Below the pieces are notes generated by a model, which did not search any database, was not told the origin of the DNA, and saw only the letters and a program-made list of their open reading frames with translations. A DNA stretch of 43,888 nt from a virus (taxonomy: Duplodnaviria > Caudoviricetes). Shown here one piece after another: positions 37,255 through 43,888 of this stretch (position 1 is the stretch's first letter; every line of letters starts with the position of its first letter). The DNA lies in IMG/VR virus record IMGVR_UViG_3300049917_000046, positions 1-43,888 of that record. One strand, written 5' to 3'. The position numbers were made by a program, and so were the translations under genes.

Positions 37255-37265
37255 TTAACTGTCAA
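37255..37265 (-). promoter_or_regulatory. Operator/-35 copy (TTGACAGTTAA on the - strand)
   Basis: Exact motif match; intergenic. Confidence 0.75.
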
Positions 37266-37275
37266 GGACTTTCTT

Positions 37276-37398
37276 TCAGCCTCCGCCGCGAGTGCGAGCT
37301 TGATCCTGACCGGGTGCCGACTTCCACGCGGTCAGGTGCCAGGGTCCAGCGGCGTCGAGGGACTTGTCAACGTAAACGGTGCGGTTCGTGTTCGTCAT
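37276..37398 (-). CDS. 40-aa peptide absent from the ORF track (MTNTNRTVYVDKSLDAAGPWHLTAWKSAPGQDQARTRGGG)
   Basis: Fills the space between two operator copies; ATG lies 7 nt after a TTGACT-17-TAAATA promoter-like element. Confidence 0.55.
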   Translation of the reverse strand: MTNTNRTVYVDKSLDAAGPWHLTAWKSAPGQDQARTRGGG

Positions 37399-37405
37399 GT
37401 CGATC

Positions 37406-37449
37406 TATTTACGATGCCGGTGCTTAACAGTCAAGCACAAATCGACATC
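37406..37449 (-). promoter_or_regulatory. Promoter-operator repeat (core 37424-37434)
   Basis: GATGTCGATTTGTGC-TTGACT-17-TAAATA on the - strand. Confidence 0.7.
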
Positions 37450-37460
37450 GTATTTTATTT

Positions 37461-37811
37461 TTACTTGCCGCCGTGGTTCTTACCCCGGCACTTGCACGAG
37501 CAAGCCGGGCCGGTCGCGTTGACGCACCGCGCACTGCACTCGTGATCGACGTTGCCGGTAGAGAAGACCTTGTCGAGCTGCACGAGCGTATGGTCATTCG
37601 TGACCGTACCGTCGCGGCACTCGCACCGGACGGTCAAGACCCACTTACCCTTCCACACCTCGACCCGGTGCGCGCCGAGCCGCCCGCGCATCTTCGGGTA
37701 GTGCTTCTCGACTTCCATGACGCCCTCGACCTTGTGCAGCTTCTTGCACCGCCGACACTTGCCGAGGAACCTGACGGGCGACCCGTCCTTGTAGGGGATG
37801 TACTCAGTCAC
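37461..37811 (-). CDS. Cys-rich putative zinc-binding protein
   Basis: CRRC, CEC and HECSARCVNATGPACSCKCRGKNHG; GTG start overlapping the upstream TAG. Confidence 0.7.
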   Translation of the reverse strand: MTEYIPYKDGSPVRFLGKCRRCKKLHKVEGVMEVEKHYPKMRGRLGAHRVEVWKGKWVLTVRCECRDGTVTNDHTLVQLDKVFSTGNVDHECSARCVNATGPACSCKCRGKNHGGK

Positions 37812-38092
37812 TAGCGCACCGCCTTTCGCGCTGCGGTCAGCTTCGGCGACCATGCCATCAGCCGCGACTTCTTGATGCGGCGCGTGTACACCTTGCCATC
37901 GTCGCAGAGGGTATCGATCTCACGGTACTGCGGCGACACGTCGCGCACGGCGACGACTGTTGAAATGTGCCCATAGTTCCACACGAGTACGTCGTCAACC
38001 TCGATCGTCGTCGCGAGCTTGGCCAGGTGCCGGCCGATCCCTTGCAGGTGCACGCCCTCGTTATCCGTCAGTGCTTTTTCGTTCGCGTTCAT
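37811..38092 (-). CDS. Hypothetical protein (93 aa), probably leaderless
   Basis: ATG lies 7 nt downstream of a CATAAT -10 box. Confidence 0.72.
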   Translation of the reverse strand: MNANEKALTDNEGVHLQGIGRHLAKLATTIEVDDVLVWNYGHISTVVAVRDVSPQYREIDTLCDDGKVYTRRIKKSRLMAWSPKLTAARKAVR

Positions 38093-38100
38093 GAGTTCAA

Positions 38101-38143
38101 TTATGATGATCGGTGCTTAACTGTCAAGCACCGATCATCATAA
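38101..38143. repeat. Perfect 18-bp inverted repeat centred on the operator
   Basis: TTATGATGATCGGTGCTT-aactgtc-AAGCACCGATCATCATAA. Confidence 0.9.
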
Positions 38144-38160
38144 ATCGACATCGCCCGTCG

Positions 38161-38868
38161 CTATTTTTCGATCGGCATTGCTTGCCAGCCGCGCAGCGGC
38201 AGCACTTGGATCGCAGTCTCTAGCCACAGAGGTGCGCCGGCCAGCCTCTTCCTGAGCGCCGTCAGCGTCGCGTGGTATTCGTCTATATAGCCGATCTCCC
38301 TGGCAAGCTCGGCGACGTATGCGTTGTCGAACCGACGATAGCTGCGCGCCCTCACGTAATCGCCACGATCCATCCCCGGCTTAGCCGGGATCGTGTAGGT
38401 AGGTGGATTACCGAAGCTGATGATCAAGTTATATCGCAGGGGCTCAGTCGCACCGCCGCCTACCTCGGCGACCTCGATCTTGTATTGGGAAAAGATCGCC
38501 GTCACTTGCGCGCGCACTTCCTCGATCGTGCCGTACTCGCTCGGTGCCTTAATTTTTTCGATGGGGTCGGACTCGACCGGCTCAGGTGCGGCACTAGATA
38601 TGGTTTTCCCATCATATCGCTGCGGTATATCTGACTTGACCCGCAGACCTGTGTATCTAGTCGGAGGTTGGGGAATCGGCAGCCACATCTTGATATTTGC
38701 AGCAAACGGCATGAACCCGTTTTCGCCCGCCCAAGTATCTCCTTCTTGGTACTCGCCGATGTCGAACGCATCATTAGCGCCGCCGCAATGATAAATTACA
38801 ATGATCAGCTCTCGCACTGGGGGCAGTCGAGCAGCAGTCAAGATCCATCCATTCAGATCATCGGGCAT
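38161..38868 (-). CDS. Protein with N-terminal DUF551-like domain
   Basis: GWI...RLPP...W...IKMWLPIPQPP motif; AAGGAG SD. Confidence 0.7.
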   Translation of the reverse strand: MPDDLNGWILTAARLPPVRELIIVIYHCGGANDAFDIGEYQEGDTWAGENGFMPFAANIKMWLPIPQPPTRYTGLRVKSDIPQRYDGKTISSAAPEPVESDPIEKIKAPSEYGTIEEVRAQVTAIFSQYKIEVAEVGGGATEPLRYNLIISFGNPPTYTIPAKPGMDRGDYVRARSYRRFDNAYVAELAREIGYIDEYHATLTALRKRLAGAPLWLETAIQVLPLRGWQAMPIEK

Positions 38869-38872
38869 AGGG

Positions 38873-39181
38873 TCAGCTCCTTAGCTCAGGGAAGAGTTCA
38901 GACATCACGCGCTCGATTGCCTGGTAGTCATTGGCCGCGATACTGTTGATCGCGCGCAGCTCGGGTCGAGGGTTAGGAAAGCGCTGCTTGATGTACCACT
39001 TGCGCACCTGCCCCGACTCCTCGACGACGATACGAACAGATCGAACGTCTCGACGTCGCCTACGCGCCCGTGCGAATACATCCGCTTTGTGTTCGCTCGA
39101 CTGACTGAAACGCCGCCAAGTCCATCCCATAGCCGGTAAGTATTCTTCCGACTCGACTGTGATCTTTCTCGGTGCGCTCAT
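38873..39181 (-). CDS. Basic hypothetical protein, probably leaderless
   Basis: TTGACA-17-TAGATT-7-ATG (39181). Confidence 0.68.
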   Translation of the reverse strand: MSAPRKITVESEEYLPAMGWTWRRFSQSSEHKADVFARARRRRRDVRSVRIVVEESGQVRKWYIKQRFPNPRPELRAINSIAANDYQAIERVMSELFPELRS

Positions 39182-39188
39182 GAAAAGC

Positions 39189-39237
39189 AATCTAGGATGT
39201 CAGTGCTTAACTGTCAAGCACCTATCATCATAAATCG
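39189..39237 (-). promoter_or_regulatory. Promoter-operator repeat (core 39207-39217)
   Basis: GTGCTTAACTGTCAAGCACCTATCATCATAAATCG differs by one base from 38113-38147. Confidence 0.78.
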
Positions 39238-39254
39238 TACACCCAGATGTCGAT

Positions 39255-39845
39255 TTATTTTCCGACCGTCGGAGATACGTCGATCAAGTTCGGGTCTTGT
39301 TTGGCGGGCAGCGCGCGGGCGGTGAGCTGTTCGAGCTGCAACAGATCGGCGTCGCTGTACTTCTTCAGCTTCTCGGGATCAAGCACGGCGACGATGTGCC
39401 CGATCGTGCCGCTGTGCCTCATCTCGCCCGTGACCTTTACGGCGTTCGTCCACCCCGGCCGATCTACTCTGCCGCGGTCGCGACCCGGCCCCTGCCGCAG
39501 CCAGGTCGCCGGCTTAGCCAGCCATACCCTAGACTCGGCTTCTGCGCGTGCTATCGCCTTCGCGCGCAATACCCGGTCGGCAAACGCGCGGTAGGGCTCG
39601 TCGGCATTCACAGCTCGACCGAGCGCGAGCCAGTGCTTGGCGAGGTCGACTTCGACCCCGGCAGCTTCCGCCGCCACGTGAAAGAAAGCACCGCGCTCTA
39701 GGTACTCGACGATGTCAGCGATCACATAGTCGTCGAGCGCCAGCACCGGACCAGTGCGCCGCGGACGCAGAGCCGGCACTTCGTCGGAGTCGTAGTAACC
39801 CCCCTCTAGGGGTGCGTCTCCGTCGATGTCTTCGACATGATCCAC
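39255..39845 (-). CDS. Putative terminase small subunit
   Basis: IVEYLERGAFFHVAAEAAGV HTH, W...G, FADRVLRAKAIA helix, ATWLR and C-terminal VKVTGEMRHSG pattern. Confidence 0.62.
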   Translation of the reverse strand: MDHVEDIDGDAPLEGGYYDSDEVPALRPRRTGPVLALDDYVIADIVEYLERGAFFHVAAEAAGVEVDLAKHWLALGRAVNADEPYRAFADRVLRAKAIARAEAESRVWLAKPATWLRQGPGRDRGRVDRPGWTNAVKVTGEMRHSGTIGHIVAVLDPEKLKKYSDADLLQLEQLTARALPAKQDPNLIDVSPTVGK

Positions 39846-39846
39846 G

Positions 39847-40479
39847 CTACACCCGGACCGGCGGATCTACGTGGTCGGCGATTTGTCGCGGCTCAAACTG
39901 TATAGAGCGACCGCCGTCCCACACGACACGCCCGCCCTTGGCGCACGCATGGTCACGCCCATATAAGATCTGTTCATTGCACATAGTGCAACGCGATTGC
40001 GATGCCTGCCCTACCTTGACCACCGGCAATTTACCGGCGCGCGCTCGAAACTCGGCATCCGTCTCGGGTCGCATGCCGTAACCAGGCTCAATCACCGGTT
40101 CTCGCGACAACGGATCGAGCAGTCGATCGAGATCGTACCCGGTCGCGAGTTCGACATCCGAAGCGGCGAGCAGGTCGCGGTATTCACCGAGGTACTTGAC
40201 CACTTCGGATAAGCATCCGCTGCCGAACCCGGCACTGCGCCGAGACTGTGCCCACGCTTCGACCTTCCTGATTAAGCTGACAACGTGGATCGCCCGTCTA
40301 CCGATCGGAACGGGTGACGACTGCGAGGGCTGCGCGATCTCCGGCACATTGACGTCTGACAGCTCGCCGCACACCGGGCAGCACAAATAAGCCGGATCCA
40401 TGTCGAACAGGTGCCAGAGCTTGCGCGCCGTCGTGTGCCCGCGCGTGCACGTGATCAAGTTCTCGTCGGATGGTCGCAT
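39847..40479 (-). CDS. Hypothetical protein with Cys/His zinc-knuckle-like motifs
   Basis: CTRGH, CCPVC and CTMC...HAC motifs. Confidence 0.6.
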   Translation of the reverse strand: MRPSDENLITCTRGHTTARKLWHLFDMDPAYLCCPVCGELSDVNVPEIAQPSQSSPVPIGRRAIHVVSLIRKVEAWAQSRRSAGFGSGCLSEVVKYLGEYRDLLAASDVELATGYDLDRLLDPLSREPVIEPGYGMRPETDAEFRARAGKLPVVKVGQASQSRCTMCNEQILYGRDHACAKGGRVVWDGGRSIQFEPRQIADHVDPPVRV

Positions 40480-40886
40480 CGTTGAAACCTCGCAAAGTTG
40501 AGAGGGAGGATAAAGCTGACCTCGCGGGTCGCTATGAGTCCGATGTTATCTGGGTGCGGGTCATGGATCAACAGCGATCCGCTCATCACTACGGCATGCT
40601 GCACGCGCTCGCTAGGGGTCGCCCACGGAGGATCGCGGTCGGTGAATCCGTGAGCAATATACAGCGCCGACCCGAACACCTTGATCTTCTCGCGAGGGTA
40701 GTTGACCACGTGGGCGAAGGTGTACCCGATCGGCGCGAGCTTACCGCGCAGAACATCATCCCAGATCTGCGGGTAGTCGGCGCAACTGAAGTCTAAGTCG
40801 GCGAGCGGTCGATCTAGGATGCTGGCCACGCACGCCGCCAAACAGTTGCCGCCACGTCCGAAACGTGTCTGCATGACCGGCACCAT
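40455..40886 (-). CDS. Putative papain-fold (C39-like) cysteine peptidase
   Basis: MQT...NCLAACVASIL, QHAVV and IHDP motifs; GGGAGG SD. Confidence 0.65.
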   Translation of the reverse strand: MVPVMQTRFGRGGNCLAACVASILDRPLADLDFSCADYPQIWDDVLRGKLAPIGYTFAHVVNYPREKIKVFGSALYIAHGFTDRDPPWATPSERVQHAVVMSGSLLIHDPHPDNIGLIATREVSFILPLNFARFQRCDHPTRT

Positions 40887-40887
40887 G

Positions 40888-41067
40888 TCACACCTCCCTG
40901 ACTATGCAGAGATAATTGAGGTCGCGCAGCCGCTCGCACTCGCGCCGCGCCAAGCTGCACGCCATCGCACCGGACGTGTTGATCTTACCGTTCCCATACC
41001 ACCGCACTGCGCACTGCTTGGTTGCAGGCTGCTGCATGTGCAGTGTGAATAAGATAGCGATCAGCAT
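40888..41067 (-). CDS. 59-aa Cys-containing peptide absent from the ORF track (MLIAILFTLHMQQPATKQC...CIVREV)
   Basis: GAGAGGG SD; fills the operon gap exactly. Confidence 0.55.
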   Translation of the reverse strand: MLIAILFTLHMQQPATKQCAVRWYGNGKINTSGAMACSLARRECERLRDLNYLCIVREV

Positions 41068-41303
41068 ACGCCCTCTCGCTTGCGCATCTCACGCAATGAT
41101 CGCGCCCGCACTCTACGCTTACGACGTCGTAGTAACCCGCGGCGACGATTTGCAGCGCGCAGCCCTCGCCGCTGCCACTTCCACATAATCATCACCGCTT
41201 GCCTATGACTATAACCGATAGACTGTAGCCCTATGATCGCATCCGTCGCGCACCTGCACTTAAAGAGCAGTGCTCTGACTTGACGCCTCACGACCGCACC
41301 CAC
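41061..41303 (-). CDS. Arg-rich hypothetical protein
   Basis: Co-oriented and fills the gap; start uncertain. Confidence 0.4.
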   Translation of the reverse strand: MGAVVRRQVRALLFKCRCATDAIIGLQSIGYSHRQAVMIMWKWQRRGLRAANRRRGLLRRRKRRVRARSLREMRKREGVC

Positions 41304-41500
41304 GGCTTATTGCGATCATCCCATCGCTGCCGATTGACAGCGTGCCCGAAAGCATAGCTAGTCTGAGCCCACCTAAGACCGGGCGGCGGCTGCCATAAGT
41401 CGACCGCGGAATCTGGCTGCGTCCACCCATTCGCGAGCAAATAGGCGCGTTCGGCGATCACTAACTCGCGCCGGGCAGCTTCTTGACATGACTTGATCAT
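41288..41500 (-). CDS. Hypothetical protein (70 aa)
   Basis: ATGA overlap with the upstream gene. Confidence 0.6.
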   Translation of the reverse strand: MIKSCQEAARRELVIAERAYLLANGWTQPDSAVDLWQPPPGLRWAQTSYAFGHAVNRQRWDDRNKPWVRS

Positions 41501-41772
41501 CGCCGCACCCGTTCGGCTTCTTCCCACTTCCGATCCTGCTCGGCATTCCAAGCACGATCTTCCTTGTGCGCGGCGATCAGCTCCGCCGCTTCAGCTTCGA
41601 TCTGTGCCGGGGTCTTCTTGGCAGTCTTATACTTGATGGTGCCCCTGTAGTCAGGGTGCACCTTGTCGCGATGCCGACCGAGCGCGCGCGTCATGCTGCG
41701 GATACTGCCCTCGAACACGACCCGTTCACAAAGCTCGCAAGTCGCGGTGTAGGTAGATGACGACTTCATCAC
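41497..41772 (-). CDS. Small protein with a C2H2-like zinc finger
   Basis: CELC...HRDKVH spacing. Confidence 0.62.
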   Translation of the reverse strand: MMKSSSTYTATCELCERVVFEGSIRSMTRALGRHRDKVHPDYRGTIKYKTAKKTPAQIEAEAAELIAAHKEDRAWNAEQDRKWEEAERVRR

Positions 41773-42872
41773 GTCATCTCCCGCAGCACCTCGGCGAAAG
41801 TGTCGGGTAAGCCGAATCGCGCCGCGCCTTCGAGTTTCTGCGACTCCCTGAAGATCGACAGCAGCCGCGTATTCTCCAGATCGTCAGACCCCTCGACCGT
41901 CGCGAGTTCTGCGACCAGTCCGCGGTAGTGCTCGGCCATGCGGTCGGCTACGACCCAGGCTTCGCCCGCCTTGCCGGCGTCGAGCTGCACGCGGGCAGCG
42001 TTTGCCCGCAGCGAGATCAGCGCGATGATCACAGCGCCGACTGCGGGCCACGCCGCAGCAACCGGCACGTGCAGCACCTTCAAAGCATCGAGCACTACCG
42101 CGAGCGCGCACAGGGCACCGACCACGCCGGGTAGTGCTACGCCTCGCCACGTCCATGCGCGCTCGCGATTTAGAATGTTATGCCATTTGTCCGATCGCCG
42201 CATCCATAGTGCAGCACGATCACGGATCAAGTCGGCGATGCCGCTCTCGGCAATAGGTAGGTCGAGCTGCTCGGGTTCGACCGATTGACCGGTTGCCCAC
42301 GCCTCGCGCTGCGCTTGGATCGCCGCTTTATTGAGCGCACGCCGTTGCGCTTCCGCCTTGCGAAAATCTTCTGCCGACACGCCGGTCATCGCCTCAAGCC
42401 GCGCGAGCATATCGCCTTTCGCGACATGGGGCAGTCCGCTGATCTGGTCGAGTGCTTCACTAGGTGAGGGCAGCCCTAGACATTTGGCCCAGCACTCATC
42501 ACAGCACGGTCGACCATGCTCGCACGCCATAGGCCGCGGGCCTACCTTCTCCATGATGGTCATCGCTTCCGCCTGCGCAAAATCCACCTGATAGATCGAC
42601 GCCTTGACCGGGGCACCTGCACGCGCTGCAACCCTCGCTGCGAAAGCGCAGACCTCACACAGATCGCGCCCAGGTTCAATTCGACGCAGTGAGCATGCCG
42701 GGCAGGTCGCGCATTGAACGCACAAGCCGTGCGTCGTCAGCGGCACCATGTGCGAGCGCTGCAAGCACATGACCCCGGCTTGCGCGAGTTCGCCTTCGAG
42801 CTGCGCGACGACTTCGCGACCGTTCTGACTGACAGTTGATTCCCCGACCGCGTCGGGATGGATGGTAGACAT
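41769..42872 (-). CDS. Cys-rich N-terminus fused to a two-transmembrane (SLATT-like) domain
   Basis: Multiple CxxC motifs; two hydrophobic helices flanked by amphipathic helices; AGAGGA SD. Confidence 0.6.
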   Translation of the reverse strand: MSTIHPDAVGESTVSQNGREVVAQLEGELAQAGVMCLQRSHMVPLTTHGLCVQCATCPACSLRRIEPGRDLCEVCAFAARVAARAGAPVKASIYQVDFAQAEAMTIMEKVGPRPMACEHGRPCCDECWAKCLGLPSPSEALDQISGLPHVAKGDMLARLEAMTGVSAEDFRKAEAQRRALNKAAIQAQREAWATGQSVEPEQLDLPIAESGIADLIRDRAALWMRRSDKWHNILNRERAWTWRGVALPGVVGALCALAVVLDALKVLHVPVAAAWPAVGAVIIALISLRANAARVQLDAGKAGEAWVVADRMAEHYRGLVAELATVEGSDDLENTRLLSIFRESQKLEGAARFGLPDTFAEVLREMT

Positions 42873-42965
42873 TGGGCATCCTCTCTAGGTGATGAGTTCG
42901 TCGATCTCCGCTGTATGTCCCGGCGTTCTGTTGCCGCGACCCGATGACCTTGCCATGCCCTGAAA

Positions 42966-43076
42966 TTAACTGTCAAGCATTTTTTGATCGAGCCGCGCGA
43001 TCGACGTGTCTCACACTTTAACAGTTAACTATGCAAGCCTTTACAGTTAAGCAGAGGTCTGTTGTTTAACTGTTTA
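42966..43076. promoter_or_regulatory. Cluster of four operator copies in the divergent intergenic region
   Basis: 42966-42976 and 43018-43028 are exact; 43040-43050 and 43066-43076 have one mismatch each. Confidence 0.78.
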
Positions 43077-43151
43077 ATAGTCCAAAGTGTGGCAAAATGC
43101 TACACTCCGCAGCGCTAGACGCTCGGCGCGAGGTGCGACAAGCTGATCGGC

Positions 43152-43685
43152 ATGAAGACCTCGCACAAGCTCGCCCTGTCGTCGCTGCTGATCTTCTGTA
43201 CTCGCTGCGACCCGACGCCGCCACCATGCACCCCGCCCCTCTACGAAGACCTGTCGAGGTGGTTGATCCGCAACGGCAGCGACGGCGCAGTGCCCGCGAT
43301 CGACTATGACTGCGGCAGGGCTGTCGGGGTGAGGCTCGACACGCCGGCCGGGGTCGCCGGACTCGTGCGCGGGGGGTGGGCACCGCCGGACAGGGACGAC
43401 GCCGCGCAGGTGCCCGCGCTGCGCGCTCGGGTGTCGATCACTAGCGGCGGCGGTCGCGTGCTCGTCGAGCTGTGGCACTACGCCGCGGGCAGGTTCGAGG
43501 GCATCGCGAGCGCGTCTCTGACGGAATCCGGCGCGGTCGACTTGATCGCGCTGCGGCACCTCGACGAGTACCGGATCGACTTCGTCGGGCTCGCGACGGC
43601 GCAGCCGCTCGCCTGGTCGGTCGAGCGCGTCGAATTGGATGTGATCCAGCTTTCCACCGACGGGGATCCACCCGGCTCGCGCTAG
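43152..43685 (+). CDS. Hypothetical exported or lipoprotein-like protein
   Basis: MKTSHKLALSSLLIFCTRC signal-like N-terminus, Pro linker and beta-rich body. Confidence 0.55.
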   Translation: MKTSHKLALSSLLIFCTRCDPTPPPCTPPLYEDLSRWLIRNGSDGAVPAIDYDCGRAVGVRLDTPAGVAGLVRGGWAPPDRDDAAQVPALRARVSITSGGGRVLVELWHYAAGRFEGIASASLTESGAVDLIALRHLDEYRIDFVGLATAQPLAWSVERVELDVIQLSTDGDPPGSR

Positions 43686-43710
43686 TTGGATCACGACGCA
43701 CCGACGGACG

Positions 43711-43888
43711 GATCCACCTGATCCACCTGATCCACCCTTTTCTGAAAACTTTTGGAAAACGGTAAAGCGCAAGATCTGCCATACAGTTAATGTTTAACTA
43801 TTGTATACATGCCTGTACATGCTTGCCTGTTTACCTTTTACAATTATATAAACTTTTTCTAAAAAGGGTGGATCAGGTGGATCAGGTG
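43711..43888. repeat. 27-bp perfect inverted repeat built of 9-bp iterons flanking an AT-rich core; putative replication origin
   Basis: CACCTGATCCACCTGATCCACCCTTTT (43715-43741) is the reverse complement of 43862-43888; 120-bp AT-rich spacer. Confidence 0.8.

Larger units (their letters stand above)
1..43888. mobile_element. Tailed phage genome (contractile-tail myovirus architecture), apparently complete or nearly so
   Basis: Full head, neck, sheath, tube, baseplate and terminase set plus a replication module; no host housekeeping genes; the two ends join plausibly (origin-like repeat, then operator, then primase). Confidence 0.93.

Noticed and set aside
37255-39237. Repeats as a CRISPR array, given the Cas4-like nuclease
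   Set aside because: Spacing is irregular (170-1100 bp), the intervals hold genes, and no cas1, cas2 or effector genes are present; stand-alone Cas4-like nucleases are common in phages.
43074-43772. 232-aa - strand ORF
   Set aside because: Starts within the repeat region, overlaps the more plausible + strand gene, and has shadow-like Arg-rich composition.
43715-43888. Inverted repeat as IS or MITE ends
   Set aside because: No transposase or visible target duplication; internal iterons and the AT-rich core fit an origin better.

Overview
The window looks like a complete or near-complete ~43.9 kb GC-rich tailed-phage genome with a contractile tail. The + strand arm (68-13708) encodes replication functions: primase-VapE helicase, Cas4-like nuclease, SNF2-like helicase, putative SSB, PolA, a DUF4406-like protein, an MT-A70 methyltransferase, a RuvC-like resolvase and a winged-HTH protein. 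The - strand arm (13705-42872) encodes tail fibre, baseplate, tape measure, tube, sheath, neck, capsid, protease, portal and terminase, plus small accessory genes. I recognised no integrase, partition system, tRNA, CRISPR array or endolysin. Most notable: (1) an 11-bp palindrome TTRACWGTYAA in ten exact intergenic copies, several overlapping sigma70-like promoters, some driving apparently leaderless genes, with the wHTH gene as the likely cognate regulator; (2) a ~300-nt structured non-coding element closed by a perfect 16-bp long-range stem just upstream of polA; (3) a PolA with both the steric-gate Glu (to Gln) and the motif B Tyr (to Gly) replaced, plus a DnaJ-like zinc-finger insertion; (4) an iteron-bearing 27-bp inverted repeat at the right end, probably the origin; (5) several predicted exported proteins, including an FN3 protein inside the tail operon. 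All family assignments come from motif recognition by eye; no database search was run.
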